Positions 63,217-64,000 of a stretch of 64,000 nucleotides of DNA are shown here, in pieces; position 1 is the stretch's first letter, and each line of letters begins with the position of its first letter. Below the pieces are notes generated by a model. That model searched no databases and had not been told where the DNA came from. It saw only the letters and a list, made by a program, of their open reading frames with translations. The stretch comes from Muribaculaceae bacterium (GTDB lineage: Bacteria; Bacteroidota; Bacteroidia; Bacteroidales; Muribaculaceae): NCBI GenBank assembly GCA_022509065.1, contig JAFLTY010000003.1, positions 1,900 to 65,899 on the forward strand, in the 5' to 3' direction. Both the position numbers and the translations under genes were made by a program.

Positions 63217-63510
63217 ATGGCATCTGACTTGGATTCTACTCTAAAGCGCTTGGCTGAAAAATCCCGGTTTATGACCGAGCGGTTCAAAGTGGTTACAAGG
63301 CAACGTGACGAAGCAATCGCACGAATCGCCGAACTTGAAAAAGAACTACACGAACGCGACCGACGCTTGGAGTCGATGCAGACAGAACTCGAGTACTTGA
63401 AAGTCTCGTCGGTGTTGTCTCCCACTTCCGAATCAGTGGCAGCGACACGAGCCATCATAAAAGGGTTGATCAGTGACATCGATCGGTGTATCGCCGATAT
63501 CAGAGATTGA
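63217..63510 (+). CDS. Small coiled-coil protein (ZapB-like position upstream of zapA)
   Basis: MASDLDSTLKRLAEK...IAELEKELHERDRRLESMQTELEYLK is heptad-rich. The start is chosen downstream of the putative -7 box, so the track ORF from 63127 is probably too long. Confidence 0.45.
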   Translation: MASDLDSTLKRLAEKSRFMTERFKVVTRQRDEAIARIAELEKELHERDRRLESMQTELEYLKVSSVLSPTSESVAATRAIIKGLISDIDRCIADIRD

Positions 63511-63576
63511 CAGTCGACGCACTGTGCCCTTGGAGAGTCCTGAAACTAAAAAAAACTATAAACAGAAACAAATACA

Positions 63577-63906
63577 TTGAGCAGCTCTCAACAAAAAATA
63601 ACCATACGCATCGCCGATGTTTCGCCCATCGGCATGAAGATTCCGGCTGACACCGAAGAAGTGGTGCGCAGGGCTGAATACAATGTGAATAAGGTTTGGA
63701 ACAAATGGCGTAACGACCTATCCAAACTATCAGGAAAAGAAGTGCTTGCCATGGTTACTTTTCAGTTTGCAAAACACTATTATCAGTTGCTTGAACAGGT
63801 TGAACGAGAGCAATCACTTCTTGAGAATTTCGAAAAAGAACTTGATGTCCTGCTTGATATTTATTCGCCGGACAGCGCGAAGACATCAGACGCACAAAAA
63901 TCATAG
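63577..63906 (+). CDS. zapA: Cell division protein ZapA-like
   Basis: KITIRIADVSPIGMKIPADTEEVVRRAEYNVNKVW... shows a ZapA-family pattern. It has a TTG start with no nearby ATG. It is in a conserved neighbourhood with pdxB. Confidence 0.5.
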   Translation: MSSSQQKITIRIADVSPIGMKIPADTEEVVRRAEYNVNKVWNKWRNDLSKLSGKEVLAMVTFQFAKHYYQLLEQVEREQSLLENFEKELDVLLDIYSPDSAKTSDAQKS

Positions 63907-64000
63907 TTTCATACTTCAAGTATCTTTTTCAGGCGTTTCTGTCTTAAAATTTTTAGTTTCAGAGCTTTCAATATCCGATTTTTGCTCGTCTCCTACCCGG

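Noticed and set aside
63916-64000. Minus-strand reading frame ending at 63916 (...SDIESSETKNFKTETPEKDT*), possibly the 3' end of a gene beyond the window
   Set aside because: Only about 28 codons of low-complexity sequence are visible, which is not enough to call a gene or product.

Overview
This is a 64-kb window from a Bacteroidota (Bacteroidales-like) chromosome. The assignment rests on a SusC/SusD pair, a hybrid two-component regulator, TAnnTTTG -7 promoter boxes and lipoprotein signal peptides. By my own spot counts the bulk is about 50% GC. No rRNA, CRISPR array, transposase, integrase or recognisable defence genes were seen.

About 56 kb is one composite polysaccharide-utilisation locus (PUL).
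- Minus-strand operon, about 19.8 kb down to 1: IPT/TIG lipoprotein, SusC, SusD, surface lipoprotein, GH76-like, small T9SS-CTD protein, BNR/sialidase-fold protein, secreted mutarotase, AT3 acyltransferase, SGNH+LamG protein, GH3, ROK kinase.
- A divergent GH43-like gene and a hybrid two-component system (HTCS) regulator.
- A minus-strand unit with three tandem paralogous secreted jelly-roll proteins (432, 895 and 939 aa) followed by a GH127/146-type enzyme.
- A 1504-aa chimeric enzyme: glutaminase-A-like module, inserted jelly-roll and GH2.
- A roughly 16.7-kb plus-strand operon: GH43, GH92, SGNH, GH2, GH125, GH36, EEP phosphoesterase, GH32, galK, galM, NTP-transferase, MFS sugar permease.

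The PUL is followed by tRNA-Leu(CAA), a GDPD-EEP fusion gene, and a low-GC segment (about 58.4-61.9 kb) carrying a DUF4932-like HExxH protein, an ECF sigma factor and a 4-TM protein. The window ends with housekeeping genes pdxB and zapA.

Most interesting observations:
- Four promoters share an exactly spaced operator geometry, which is a candidate HTCS regulon signature.
- The three-gene paralog array has no recognisable catalytic domain.
- A short T9SS-like C-terminal tail is shared by five proteins.
- The 1504-aa gene is a chimera with a stand-alone GH2 paralog downstream.
- A split AT3/SGNH (OafA-like) pair sits inside a catabolic operon.
- The enzyme set points to a fungal-type, phosphorylated and galactosylated alpha-mannan.

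All family calls come from motif recognition by eye. No database search was run.
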